Source: an uncultured Leptospiraceae bacterium (lineage in GTDB: Bacteria; Spirochaetota; Leptospiria; Leptospirales; Leptonemataceae). From it: a stretch of 64,000 nt of DNA. The stretch covers positions 1,937 to 65,936 of the forward strand of contig CAZPFB010000012.1 of the NCBI GenBank assembly GCA_964585735.1, read 5' to 3'. Each line of letters opens with the position of its first letter. Position 1 is the stretch's first letter. Both the position numbers and the translations under genes were made by a program. The notes below the pieces were generated by a model, which was not told where the DNA came from, ran no database searches, and worked only from the letters and a program-made list of their open reading frames with translations. Positions 47,062 through 55,165 of this stretch are shown here, piece by piece.

Positions 47062-47758
47062 GCTGGCCGGCCGCTACTTCTCCCTCGAACGAAGCATGAC
47101 CGGCCTCGGTCAGGACGTCCATGCGTTGTCCGCTCTTCTGCGGGAGCGCGGCGTGAAGCGGCTTCTGGACGCGGGCTGCGGCAGTGGCGAGCATGCCTGG
47201 CTGTTCGGTCGACGCGGCTTCGATGTGGTCGGTTTGGATCGATCGGAGTCCATGATTCGTGCAGCCAAAGAGCGCTTTCACGGGGGGTGCTTCGTGCATT
47301 CTGATTGGGACCGCTACGCTCCTGAAACGCCCTTCGACGGGATCGTGTGTCTGTTCGGCTCGCTCGGTTACCGCTTGGCCGACCATCGCGTGCGGCGCAG
47401 TCTGCGTGCTTTTCGGAAGCTTCTGCGGACGGGTGGGACGGCCGTTTTGGAACTGTGGCATTCGGAGCCCTTTGCGCGGCTGCCCGCCGGGGCCCGGCAG
47501 CGCAGTCCAAACAGCCGTCACGCCTGGCGGGTCGTGCGGGGGAGACCTACAGTCGTCCGTATGGATACCACGTATCTCACGGAGCACGGTCCGATTCGGG
47601 ATCGTCACTTTCTGCGTACGTTTCGCGCCGAAGAGATTGCCCAGCTTGCGCGTGAGTGCGGCTTTCTGGTGGAGGACATCTCCGAGTCGCTGATCGTGCG
47701 CGGCCGGACTCCGGGTCCCGACCGCGTCCGCCTGATTGTCCTGTTACGTGCCTGCTGA
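47045..47758 (+). CDS. class I SAM-dependent methyltransferase
   Basis: LLDAGCGSGEHAWLFGRRGFDVVGLDRSESMI. Start GTG 47045 overlaps the ptsI 3' end. Confidence 0.75.
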   Translation: MRLFRELAGRYFSLERSMTGLGQDVHALSALLRERGVKRLLDAGCGSGEHAWLFGRRGFDVVGLDRSESMIRAAKERFHGGCFVHSDWDRYAPETPFDGIVCLFGSLGYRLADHRVRRSLRAFRKLLRTGGTAVLELWHSEPFARLPAGARQRSPNSRHAWRVVRGRPTVVRMDTTYLTEHGPIRDRHFLRTFRAEEIAQLARECGFLVEDISESLIVRGRTPGPDRVRLIVLLRAC

Positions 47759-48787
47759 AGCGGCGCCCGCAGAGTCGAAGCGTTCATCAGGGAATAGGAG
47801 CCGGCGCATGTCTTCGGGGAGCGGTGAACGCAGCCGTAGCGGGCGACCTGTCGTCGGATGCGGCAGCACGAGATGCCGGCAATGCAGAGCGGTGCGCCCG
47901 ATCCTGAGTCGCTCGAGGTCTTCCGGAGTCTGGCTGTCCGAAAGCAGTCTCAGGTAGATGGTTTCGTCCACGCCGTAGATGCGATCCCCCACCATCGGGT
48001 AGCCGAGCGAGCAGAGGCTCGCGCGGATCTGGTGCAGGCGCCCCGTGTGGAGTCGGGCGTAGACGAGCGTGACCGGTCCGGTTTCATCCGGCATCTCCCG
48101 GGTCCGGAGAACACGGAATTCCGTCCGACAGGACGAGAATCGTTCCGACGAATCGGCGGGCCGGTCTGTCTGGAAATGACGTTTGCGAAAGATCCGGCTG
48201 CCGGTGGCGCGCCCCAGGAAACCGCGCGCGTCCAGGTAGCGGGGAGGTCGACCTTGGACTACAGCGAGGTACTCCTTGCGCACTTCGTTTCTTCGGAAGG
48301 CGAGAGCAAGCGCGCGTGCGGCCGCGGGATGGCGACCGAGCACGATGAGGCCCGAGGTCTCCCGATCGAGTCGGTGGGCAAAGTGCGCCACGAATTCCTC
48401 TCCCCGGTCCCGTCGCAGAAGTCCGAGGAGTGTGTTCTGGCGGTAGTTGCCGGAAGGATGGACCGGGAGGTTGCCGGGTTTGTCGATCACGAGCACGTCG
48501 TCGTCTTCGTACACGACCAGGTAGTCTTCATCCACGGCCGGCTCGGGTTTCGCCTGGTAGCGAAACACTACCTCTTCTCCCGCACGCATCCGGCGACCGG
48601 CCCGGGCCGGCCGCGAACCGATGCTCACCTGCCCGTCGCGGATTCGCCGGAGCCAGGAGGCTCGGGTGAAGCGTGGGTAGCGCCCTGCCAGGAGCACATC
48701 CAGTCGCCGACCCTGCTCCTGTGGCGTTACCGTGAGTTTTTGTTCTACCTGCTCCACAAAAAACGCAACCAATGGCCCCTCGCGCAC
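47744..48787 (-). CDS. rluD: RluA-family pseudouridine synthase (RluD-like, with S4 domain)
   Basis: RLDVLLA...SWLRRIRDG S4-like N-terminus, VIDKPGNLPVHPSG and HRLDRETSGLIVL. Confidence 0.85.
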   Translation of the reverse strand: MREGPLVAFFVEQVEQKLTVTPQEQGRRLDVLLAGRYPRFTRASWLRRIRDGQVSIGSRPARAGRRMRAGEEVVFRYQAKPEPAVDEDYLVVYEDDDVLVIDKPGNLPVHPSGNYRQNTLLGLLRRDRGEEFVAHFAHRLDRETSGLIVLGRHPAAARALALAFRRNEVRKEYLAVVQGRPPRYLDARGFLGRATGSRIFRKRHFQTDRPADSSERFSSCRTEFRVLRTREMPDETGPVTLVYARLHTGRLHQIRASLCSLGYPMVGDRIYGVDETIYLRLLSDSQTPEDLERLRIGRTALHCRHLVLPHPTTGRPLRLRSPLPEDMRRLLFPDERFDSAGAASAGT

Positions 48788-48814
48788 CCATCCCCCGAAA
48801 GCAAGGAGGATTCT

Positions 48815-49291
48815 ATGAAGATAAAGAGAACTTCGCGCCCGGCGTGGCGCGAGCTATTGGGGCGCAAGGACGACTTTCAGGCAATCGTGCGGTTGCTGAC
48901 CGAATTCGACGAGCGCACCGGAAGGTTTCGCAGGTTCAGCGACCCCGAAACTCACTACATGCGCCGGGCGCTGGCTGTTTGTGACAGCGAATGCCTGCGC
49001 GTCTTCGTACGCTCGCTCGGAGGCTTCGTCTATCAGGTGGCGGTCGAATTGCGTGGCCGCGCCGGTTCGGTGGCCACCGGTTGGGTTCACGAAGACGGCA
49101 TTCGCGCCGAGCGCGAAACGTTCAGCGGGGAAGCGCGACATCCGGTGCACTCGATCACCTGTTTGACCGACCTCTACGAGAGTGACTGCGTGGATTCCGA
49201 TGAAGAAGGCCTTTCGGCTCGCGGTCGGATCTCCGAGGCTCTCGAAGAGGTCATGAACGAACGACCCGAAGGTGAACAGGAGGTGGGCTGA
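48815..49291 (+). CDS. hypothetical protein
   Basis: AGGAGG lies 5 nt upstream of ATG 48815. Acidic C-terminus. No family recognised. Confidence 0.5.
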   Translation: MKIKRTSRPAWRELLGRKDDFQAIVRLLTEFDERTGRFRRFSDPETHYMRRALAVCDSECLRVFVRSLGGFVYQVAVELRGRAGSVATGWVHEDGIRAERETFSGEARHPVHSITCLTDLYESDCVDSDEEGLSARGRISEALEEVMNERPEGEQEVG

Positions 49292-49391
49292 CGAAGGCGC
49301 GGAGCAACATGGTGAGAGGAGCGAACCTGGGAGGGGCGTTCCTGGCGTGTCGGTTTGAGAGCCTTCCACACTCCGGCGCTCCCGCATGGGC

Positions 49392-49419
49392 AAAAAAAAC
49401 CCCGGCAGTTCTGCCGGGG
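49392..49419 (-). terminator. rho-independent terminator of the outer-membrane protein gene
   Basis: GC stem CCCCGGC (49400-49406) pairs with GCCGGGG (49413-49419) around a 6-nt loop. It is flanked by A8 (49392-49399), which is a T8 tract on the minus strand. It lies 25 nt downstream of the stop at 49444, between convergent genes. Confidence 0.65.
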
Positions 49420-49443
49420 TTCTGCTTCGAGACGGAACGAGTC

Positions 49444-50436
49444 TCACATACCGATCTTGTAACCGAAGCGATAGGTCGTTCCGGCCAAGACAATCGGCTT
49501 GTTGGCAACGCGTGCCAGGTGGGTCTGAGCTCCAATACCCTGGACGGAGGCTGCTTCGGTGTCCCCCGCAATCAGCGTGTCCATTTCGAAGAAGACTTTG
49601 TTCGGTCCCGAACCGCCTTCCACGCCGATCAGCACGTTGAAACCCATGCCCTCGGTTACGAACTTGGCGCCTTCCCCGAGAATCGGGCCCGAGGCGACGT
49701 TCCCGGACGAGTTGATGCTGGTTACGGCGCCGATCGGAACGCCGATGATGGAGGGGATATCCCCGATGCTGGTCACAGTCACGCTCCAACCGCCGCGGTG
49801 GTAGTTGATCCCGGCGCCGCCGTAGACGGCAGCCGTCTCACCGACTTTGGCTTTGATGCCGAAGTAGGCAGGCACGACTAAGGCACGGTAGTCCCACTTG
49901 TCCTTGTACCACTCGATTCCCGCAAACGTGGAAGACGATTGGCCGCCCATGATACGGGTGTTGTAGCTGATGTCCACGCGCAGGAAGGACCAGTTACTCA
50001 AAGACAGCTCGTAGAAGACGTTCAGTACGAGGCCCGTCATGGAGCCACCGATTTCGGATTCCAAGAGCGGGACGTTGGCGTCGTAGTCCTTCAACGTGCG
50101 GTTGGGGATGATCCCATCCTGCTCCGTACCGGCTCGTGCGAGGAGGCAGGCCTGCCGCGAGGTGGTTTCGTCCCCGCTGTTGGCCACACCGTCCGCGCCG
50201 GTGTTGAGCGGACTGAAACAGCCTTTGCCCGCGCCGGTAACCCCGCCTGCGGTGTTGTACTCCGGCTTCTCCTTTGTGGACTTGAGGCCGTCATTGGTGA
50301 TGGTCCCACCCAATTGGCCCAGATTGAACATGAGGCCAGCGCCGAAGCCCAAATAGCTCTGCGCGCTCACGCTCGTTGCGAAAAGTGTAAGGCCTGACAC
50401 AATGGCTGCCAGTGTTCCTTGCTTGATGGCTTTCAT
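49444..50436 (-). CDS. predicted outer-membrane beta-barrel protein
   Basis: GGAGGA SD. Signal peptide MKAIKQGTLAAIVSGLTLFATSVSAQS. Gly-rich with alternating beta-strand-like pattern. Followed by its own terminator. Confidence 0.6.
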   Translation of the reverse strand: MKAIKQGTLAAIVSGLTLFATSVSAQSYLGFGAGLMFNLGQLGGTITNDGLKSTKEKPEYNTAGGVTGAGKGCFSPLNTGADGVANSGDETTSRQACLLARAGTEQDGIIPNRTLKDYDANVPLLESEIGGSMTGLVLNVFYELSLSNWSFLRVDISYNTRIMGGQSSSTFAGIEWYKDKWDYRALVVPAYFGIKAKVGETAAVYGGAGINYHRGGWSVTVTSIGDIPSIIGVPIGAVTSINSSGNVASGPILGEGAKFVTEGMGFNVLIGVEGGSGPNKVFFEMDTLIAGDTEAASVQGIGAQTHLARVANKPIVLAGTTYRFGYKIGM

Positions 50437-50669
50437 AAAAACCCTATCCTCCATCACATGAACTGTGTTGTTGTACTTGATTGAATTTGAAAAACAGGCT
50501 TCCAACCCACGGTTGGCCGCAGACTACGAGCGCTGATCCCACTTTTCGTACCGGGCACCGTCAATTAAAAAAGTGCGAACAAAACTGAAAATTAGTCGTC
50601 CCGGGATCCTCGGTCGACTGGAGCATTGCCCCATCATCGACCCTGTCGAAAAAAAACCTTGACCCTGTT

Positions 50670-51071
50670 TCAGGCGTCGAGGGCTGCGTTGGCCAGGGCG
50701 TCGGCCTCGGTATTCTGCTCCCTTGGGATGTGTTCGATTGCCCAAGATGGGAAGGAAGTCAGGAGGGAGCGAACTTCGGTGTGCAACGGCTTGAGTCCGG
50801 CATTCTTGACCTTGTAGCGACCGAGAACCTGGAACACGGCCAGTTGCGAGTCCATCCGGACCCGGACCCTTTGACATCCCTGACCCTTGGCCGCGCGCAG
50901 ACCCGCGATCAGGGCCCGGTATTCCGCCACGTTGTTCGTGGCCCTGCCGATCCTCTCGGAGATCTCCGCCAGCTTTTCTTTCCCCTTCCCGTACAGGACC
51001 GCGCCGATGGAAGCCGGGCCCGGATTCCCGCGGCTCGCTCCGTCGCAGTAAAGGATGGCCTCGCTCTCCAT
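50670..51071 (-). CDS. rnhA: ribonuclease HI family protein
   Basis: Catalytic DEDD pattern: YCDGASRGNPGPAS, NNVAEYRAL, MDSQL and EQNTEADALAN. Confidence 0.85.
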   Translation of the reverse strand: MESEAILYCDGASRGNPGPASIGAVLYGKGKEKLAEISERIGRATNNVAEYRALIAGLRAAKGQGCQRVRVRMDSQLAVFQVLGRYKVKNAGLKPLHTEVRSLLTSFPSWAIEHIPREQNTEADALANAALDA

Positions 51072-51190
51072 GCGACCTGCGTGGCGCGGGCCGCCGCGTT
51101 CACAACCGAAAATCCCGCCGAAAGATCAAACCCGGCAAACGGCTCGACGTACATCCGCACTCGCGGGACGCGCACACGAGGGCACAGATC

Positions 51191-52204
51191 GTGGAAGCAT
51201 TCGAGATTGTCCGCTTTGGCCTGGAAGGCCTGCGTCGTGGCAGTCGCCCGGATCCGGTGGCCGGCCCCGGACAGGTGCTGATCCGCCTGCGCGCCGGCTC
51301 CCTCAACTATCGCGATCTGCTGATGCTCGAAGGCAGCTACAACCCCAAGCTGCGCCTTCCGGTGATCCCGCTTTCCGATGGCGCCGGAGAGATCGTGGCC
51401 GTCGGCGAGGGCGTAGGCGATTTCTCGGTGGGCGATCGCGTTGCAGCCTGCTTCGTGCAGGGCTGGTTCGCCGGAGACCCCGACCGGGAAATATTGCGTC
51501 GAACGTTGGGCGGCCCACTCGACGGAACACTTTGTTCGCACATGGTTCTGCCGGCCTGGGGCGTCGTCAGCATACCTCAGCACCTCTCGTTCGAAGAGGC
51601 GGCCACGCTGCCGTGCGCGGCGCTCACCGCCTGGAGCGCGCTCGTCACGCTCGGACCCGTGCACGCCGGGGACACGGTCGTCGTCCTGGGCACCGGCGGC
51701 GTTTCGATTTTTGCCATCCAGTTTGCGAGGTTGTTGGGCGCGCGCGTGATCGCCACTTCCTCGAGCGACGAAAAGCTGGCGCGCGCCTTCGAGGCGGGAG
51801 CGCACGAAGGCATCAACTACAGCAAGGTGACCTCCTGGGAACGAGAAGTGTTCCGACTGACCGAGAAGCGCGGCGCGGATCTGGTGATCGAGGTCGGCGG
51901 CGCAGGCACGCTCGAGAGGTCCGTGCGGGCGGTGAGGCCTGGCGGAACCATCAGCCTGATCGGAGTTCTGGCGGGCGGCACGGGGGACTTCAACCTGTTG
52001 CCCGTGCTCATGCAGAACATTCGCGTGCAGGGCGTCATCGTCGGGCATCGCGCCTCGTTCCAGGACATGAACCGGGCCATTGCGCAGCACCAGCTCAGAC
52101 CGGTCGTGGATCGGGTCTTCGAGTTCGACGAGGCACCGGACGCCTATCGCTTCCTCAAGAGTCAGAAGCACGTGGGCAAAGTGGTCGTTCGCCTGCAGCC
52201 GTGA
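51191..52204 (+). CDS. zinc-type/MDR-family NAD(P)-dependent alcohol dehydrogenase or quinone oxidoreductase
   Basis: PLSDGAGEIVAVGEGV and VLGTGGVSIFAIQFARLLGA Rossmann site. GTG start. Confidence 0.85.
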   Translation: MEAFEIVRFGLEGLRRGSRPDPVAGPGQVLIRLRAGSLNYRDLLMLEGSYNPKLRLPVIPLSDGAGEIVAVGEGVGDFSVGDRVAACFVQGWFAGDPDREILRRTLGGPLDGTLCSHMVLPAWGVVSIPQHLSFEEAATLPCAALTAWSALVTLGPVHAGDTVVVLGTGGVSIFAIQFARLLGARVIATSSSDEKLARAFEAGAHEGINYSKVTSWEREVFRLTEKRGADLVIEVGGAGTLERSVRAVRPGGTISLIGVLAGGTGDFNLLPVLMQNIRVQGVIVGHRASFQDMNRAIAQHQLRPVVDRVFEFDEAPDAYRFLKSQKHVGKVVVRLQP

Positions 52205-52244
52205 TGGTGTGGCGCGCAGGCCGCGGTCGAATTCGTGAGTTGCC

Positions 52245-52901
52245 GTGCGCCACCTATTTGCGTTCTTGTGTTCCATGTCCGAAACTCTCTGGAAGCGGGC
52301 TGCCCGGCCCGCCTGGTTTGTCGTCCTGTCGCTGGCAGTCGTGCTGCCGGTCTGTGGTTCGCCGGAGTACTTCAACCGAACCGCCGCCGAAAAGGAGAGT
52401 CGCCCCGACGAGGTACTCGCCCTGCTTGCGTTGCGGCCCGGCATGGCCGTTGCCGACCTCGGAACAGGAGGCGGCTACTTTGCTATGCGATTCGCGCGGG
52501 CGGTCGGGCGGGAGGGCACCGTGTTCGCCATCGACGTGAACCCGAAGTCGATTGCCTACGTAGAGGCCGCGGCGCGAAAGGAAGGTCTGCCTCAGCTGCG
52601 GACATTGCTCGTGAAGCCGGGGGAAAGCGGCCTGGGTGAGGGCTCGGTCGACCTCATCTTCATTCGCAACGTGTTCCACCACCTCGAAGATCGTGTTGCG
52701 TACTTCACGAAGCTGCGGTCGCGTCTGAAAGCGGGCGGGAGAATCGTCATCATCGAGCATGCCGCGGGGTCAGCGCGTTTTGCCGGGCACGGCACGGATC
52801 CGGTGGTCATCAAGGACGAGATGCGACGGGCTGGTTTTCGCCCTCTGGCTGAAGAGGGATTGCTCCTGCCCAAACAGAGTTTTCTGGTTTTCGGACTCTG
52901 A
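52245..52901 (+). CDS. class I SAM-dependent methyltransferase with N-terminal hydrophobic signal/anchor
   Basis: ADLGTGGGYFAMRFA motif I and IFIRNVFHHLED, preceded by WFVVLSLAVVLPVCG. Confidence 0.7.
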   Translation: MRHLFAFLCSMSETLWKRAARPAWFVVLSLAVVLPVCGSPEYFNRTAAEKESRPDEVLALLALRPGMAVADLGTGGGYFAMRFARAVGREGTVFAIDVNPKSIAYVEAAARKEGLPQLRTLLVKPGESGLGEGSVDLIFIRNVFHHLEDRVAYFTKLRSRLKAGGRIVIIEHAAGSARFAGHGTDPVVIKDEMRRAGFRPLAEEGLLLPKQSFLVFGL

Positions 52902-52922
52902 GGGTACCCTTCGGGTGTCCTC

Positions 52923-53522
52923 ATGCAGTTTTCGCTGCCAACCACGCCCGCTGAATGGCTGTTTCCCCTGCTCATCTACTGTGCGCGCATCTGCGACGTG
53001 AGCATGGGAACGCTGCGGATCATTGCCGTGGCCCGGGGACACCGACTTCAGGCCGTAATCCTCGGGTTCGTCGAGATTCTGATTTGGCTGGGCGCCATCG
53101 GGCACATCGTTACGCACCTCAACCAAATCGCCAACATCATAGCCTACGCGCTGGGTTTTGCCACCGGCATTTACATCGGAATGTGGTTGGAGCAGCGTCT
53201 GCCGATCGGGACGCAGTTGGTTCGCGTGGTGGTTGCCCCTGAAGCGGCTCTGCGCATTCGCGAACAACTCGTGCGCGCCGGTTTCGGGATGACGCACGTG
53301 AATGCAGAAGGCGGCTTCGGACCGGTCAGCATTCTCTTCACGGTTGTCGAGCGTTCGCGCGCGCGAGAAGTCGTGGACGTCGTCCGACGAGAAGAAGGTC
53401 AGGCGTTCTTCACCATCGAGGACCTGCGCGCCGTCAGCGGGACCGGGGAGCACCTGTACTACGGCACCGAACCGTCTCGCCGGCCACCGTTTTCCTTTCT
53501 CGGTTGGCGCAAGTCCAAGTGA
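52923..53522 (+). CDS. UPF0316/DUF2179-type membrane protein
   Basis: Three N-terminal TM helices, including CDVSMGTLRII, plus a C-terminal soluble alpha/beta domain (THVNAEGGFGPVSILFTVV). Recognised from memory only. Confidence 0.55.
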   Translation: MQFSLPTTPAEWLFPLLIYCARICDVSMGTLRIIAVARGHRLQAVILGFVEILIWLGAIGHIVTHLNQIANIIAYALGFATGIYIGMWLEQRLPIGTQLVRVVVAPEAALRIREQLVRAGFGMTHVNAEGGFGPVSILFTVVERSRAREVVDVVRREEGQAFFTIEDLRAVSGTGEHLYYGTEPSRRPPFSFLGWRKSK

Positions 53523-53544
53523 CCGGTTGGAGACGGCAGACTTA

Positions 53545-54261
53545 TCAGAACAGTGGCCCTTCGGGTCCGGGATCGAGGAAACGCCGCAGAGCTTCCGGGC
53601 GTCGGAGTCGCAGCGTCAGGTAAGCGCCTCCCATGACAAACAGCAGGCCCGCGGGCAGGAGCAGGGCAAGAAAACCGAGCGCCGAGAAACCGAGGACACC
53701 GGCCACTCCACCTGTGATGAATCCGGTGAGAATGCTGCCGTGGAGGAGCAACCGGTCGCCGCGGACCACCGCACCTCTCAGAATCGCACCGAGCTTCATG
53801 CCCAAATCCGTGACAATGCCCGTCATATGAGTCGTGCGCACGACCAATTCGTTCACTTTGCTCATCATGCCGTTCTGGAGACCCATGGCGAGCGCGGCCA
53901 CCAGTTCCCCGTAGAGCAGAACACCGCGCACGAAGAACAGGGTCGCAGCGACGAGCAGCGTGGCCTCCACCAACATGAGGATTCCGTAGCGGCGGCCGGC
54001 TTTGAATCGCTCGTTACGGGTCACCATCCCCGAAAAAACCGTCCCGGCAAAAAAGGAAGCAAGCGGCAGTCCGGCCTGAGAAAGAAGCGGCCCATCCAAC
54101 CGTACGGCGCCCAGCGCTACGCGCGTGAGGTTTCCGGTTGCGTGGGTGAGCAGCGCCTGTGCCAACCCGAGCAGGCCGACAGCGTTGACCAATCCTGCCA
54201 CGAGCGCAAGAAATGCTCCCCCGAAAATCAGCCAGAAAGGCGCTCTCGATCGGGTAGGCAT
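53545..54261 (-). CDS. DUF1275 (YoaK-like) membrane protein
   Basis: Polytopic membrane protein with the THATGNLT and THMTGIVTDLG motifs I associate with DUF1275. Confidence 0.55.
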   Translation of the reverse strand: MPTRSRAPFWLIFGGAFLALVAGLVNAVGLLGLAQALLTHATGNLTRVALGAVRLDGPLLSQAGLPLASFFAGTVFSGMVTRNERFKAGRRYGILMLVEATLLVAATLFFVRGVLLYGELVAALAMGLQNGMMSKVNELVVRTTHMTGIVTDLGMKLGAILRGAVVRGDRLLLHGSILTGFITGGVAGVLGFSALGFLALLLPAGLLFVMGGAYLTLRLRRPEALRRFLDPGPEGPLF

Positions 54262-54321
54262 CCGGCTACCGTCGGCTCCGAAGTCTGCCGGTTCGGCAGG
54301 CCAGGAACGCCGGCTCCTGTT

Positions 54322-55104
54322 TCACTTGGGCGACCACCGGCTCTCGTCGAGGTGGCCGAGCAGGCGGAGCAGGCCGTCGAGGATGGTCAGGGGGTGCGGC
54401 GGGCAACCCGGTATGTAGAGGTCCACGGGCAGCGTTCCGCCGACACCGCCGAGTTGCTCGGGACTGGCAAAGTACGGGCCACCTGATATGGCGCAGGCGC
54501 CCACGGCGATAACGATCTTGGGAGCGGGAACCGCCGCGTACGTTTTCTGGACCGCGAGGAGCATGTTTCGGGTGATGCAGCCTGTTACCAGGAGGCCGTC
54601 CGCGTGACGCGGTGAGGCGACGAACTGGATGCCGAAACGACCCAGATCCCAGCCGATGGTTCCAAGCACGTTCACGTCGGCTTCGCACGCATTGCAGCCT
54701 CCCGCGCTCACCTGCCGCAGACGCAGCGAGCGCCCGAAGAGACGCCGCAATCGGTCATCCAACTGTGCGGCGAGCTCCATCTCCCCTGCGCCTTCGACGA
54801 CCAGGTGTTCGCGTTTGCGTGTTGCGAGTCGGTACTCCGTGTCAAAACCGATGGCTCCCTGCGGGCAGGCGTCCATGCACTCCGTACAGAACAGGCACCG
54901 GCCGAGGTCGACGGAGAGTTTCGATTCGGCGCTGATGGCCCCCGTGGGACAGGCGCGGGCACACTCCCGGCAACCGTCCGGGCATTTGGTTTCGTCCAGA
55001 CGTGGTCTCCCGCGGAAGTGGTGCGGCATCTCCGGCCCGGGAGCATCGGGGAATGCCATCGTTCGTTTCCCCTGTCGGATGCGTGCGCGCAGTGCTTTGA
55101 TCAT
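54322..55104 (-). CDS. fused 2x[4Fe-4S] ferredoxin (HyfH/HycF-like) and NuoB/HycG-like small subunit
   Basis: N-terminal half has CPDGCRECARACP and CLFCTECMDACP. C-terminal half has GGCNACE, GACAISGG and IPGCPPHP, which are the four Cys of the proximal cluster. Confidence 0.85.
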   Translation of the reverse strand: MIKALRARIRQGKRTMAFPDAPGPEMPHHFRGRPRLDETKCPDGCRECARACPTGAISAESKLSVDLGRCLFCTECMDACPQGAIGFDTEYRLATRKREHLVVEGAGEMELAAQLDDRLRRLFGRSLRLRQVSAGGCNACEADVNVLGTIGWDLGRFGIQFVASPRHADGLLVTGCITRNMLLAVQKTYAAVPAPKIVIAVGACAISGGPYFASPEQLGGVGGTLPVDLYIPGCPPHPLTILDGLLRLLGHLDESRWSPK

Positions 55105-55165
55105 GGAAGGTTGCCTGAAGGGAGCCCGGAGTCATTGCTTAATCTAGGCATAGTGTTGTATGCAT

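Noticed and set aside
50909-52539. Two very long ORFs (511 aa minus, 494 aa plus) over the dehydrogenase locus
   Set aside because: Both are alternate-frame or antisense shadows of the MDR dehydrogenase gene 51191..52204. They are extremely Arg/Gly/Pro/Ala-rich.
53302-54486. 394-aa plus-strand ORF
   Set aside because: It is antisense to the polytopic DUF1275-type membrane protein and runs into the small-subunit gene. It is low-complexity and charged.
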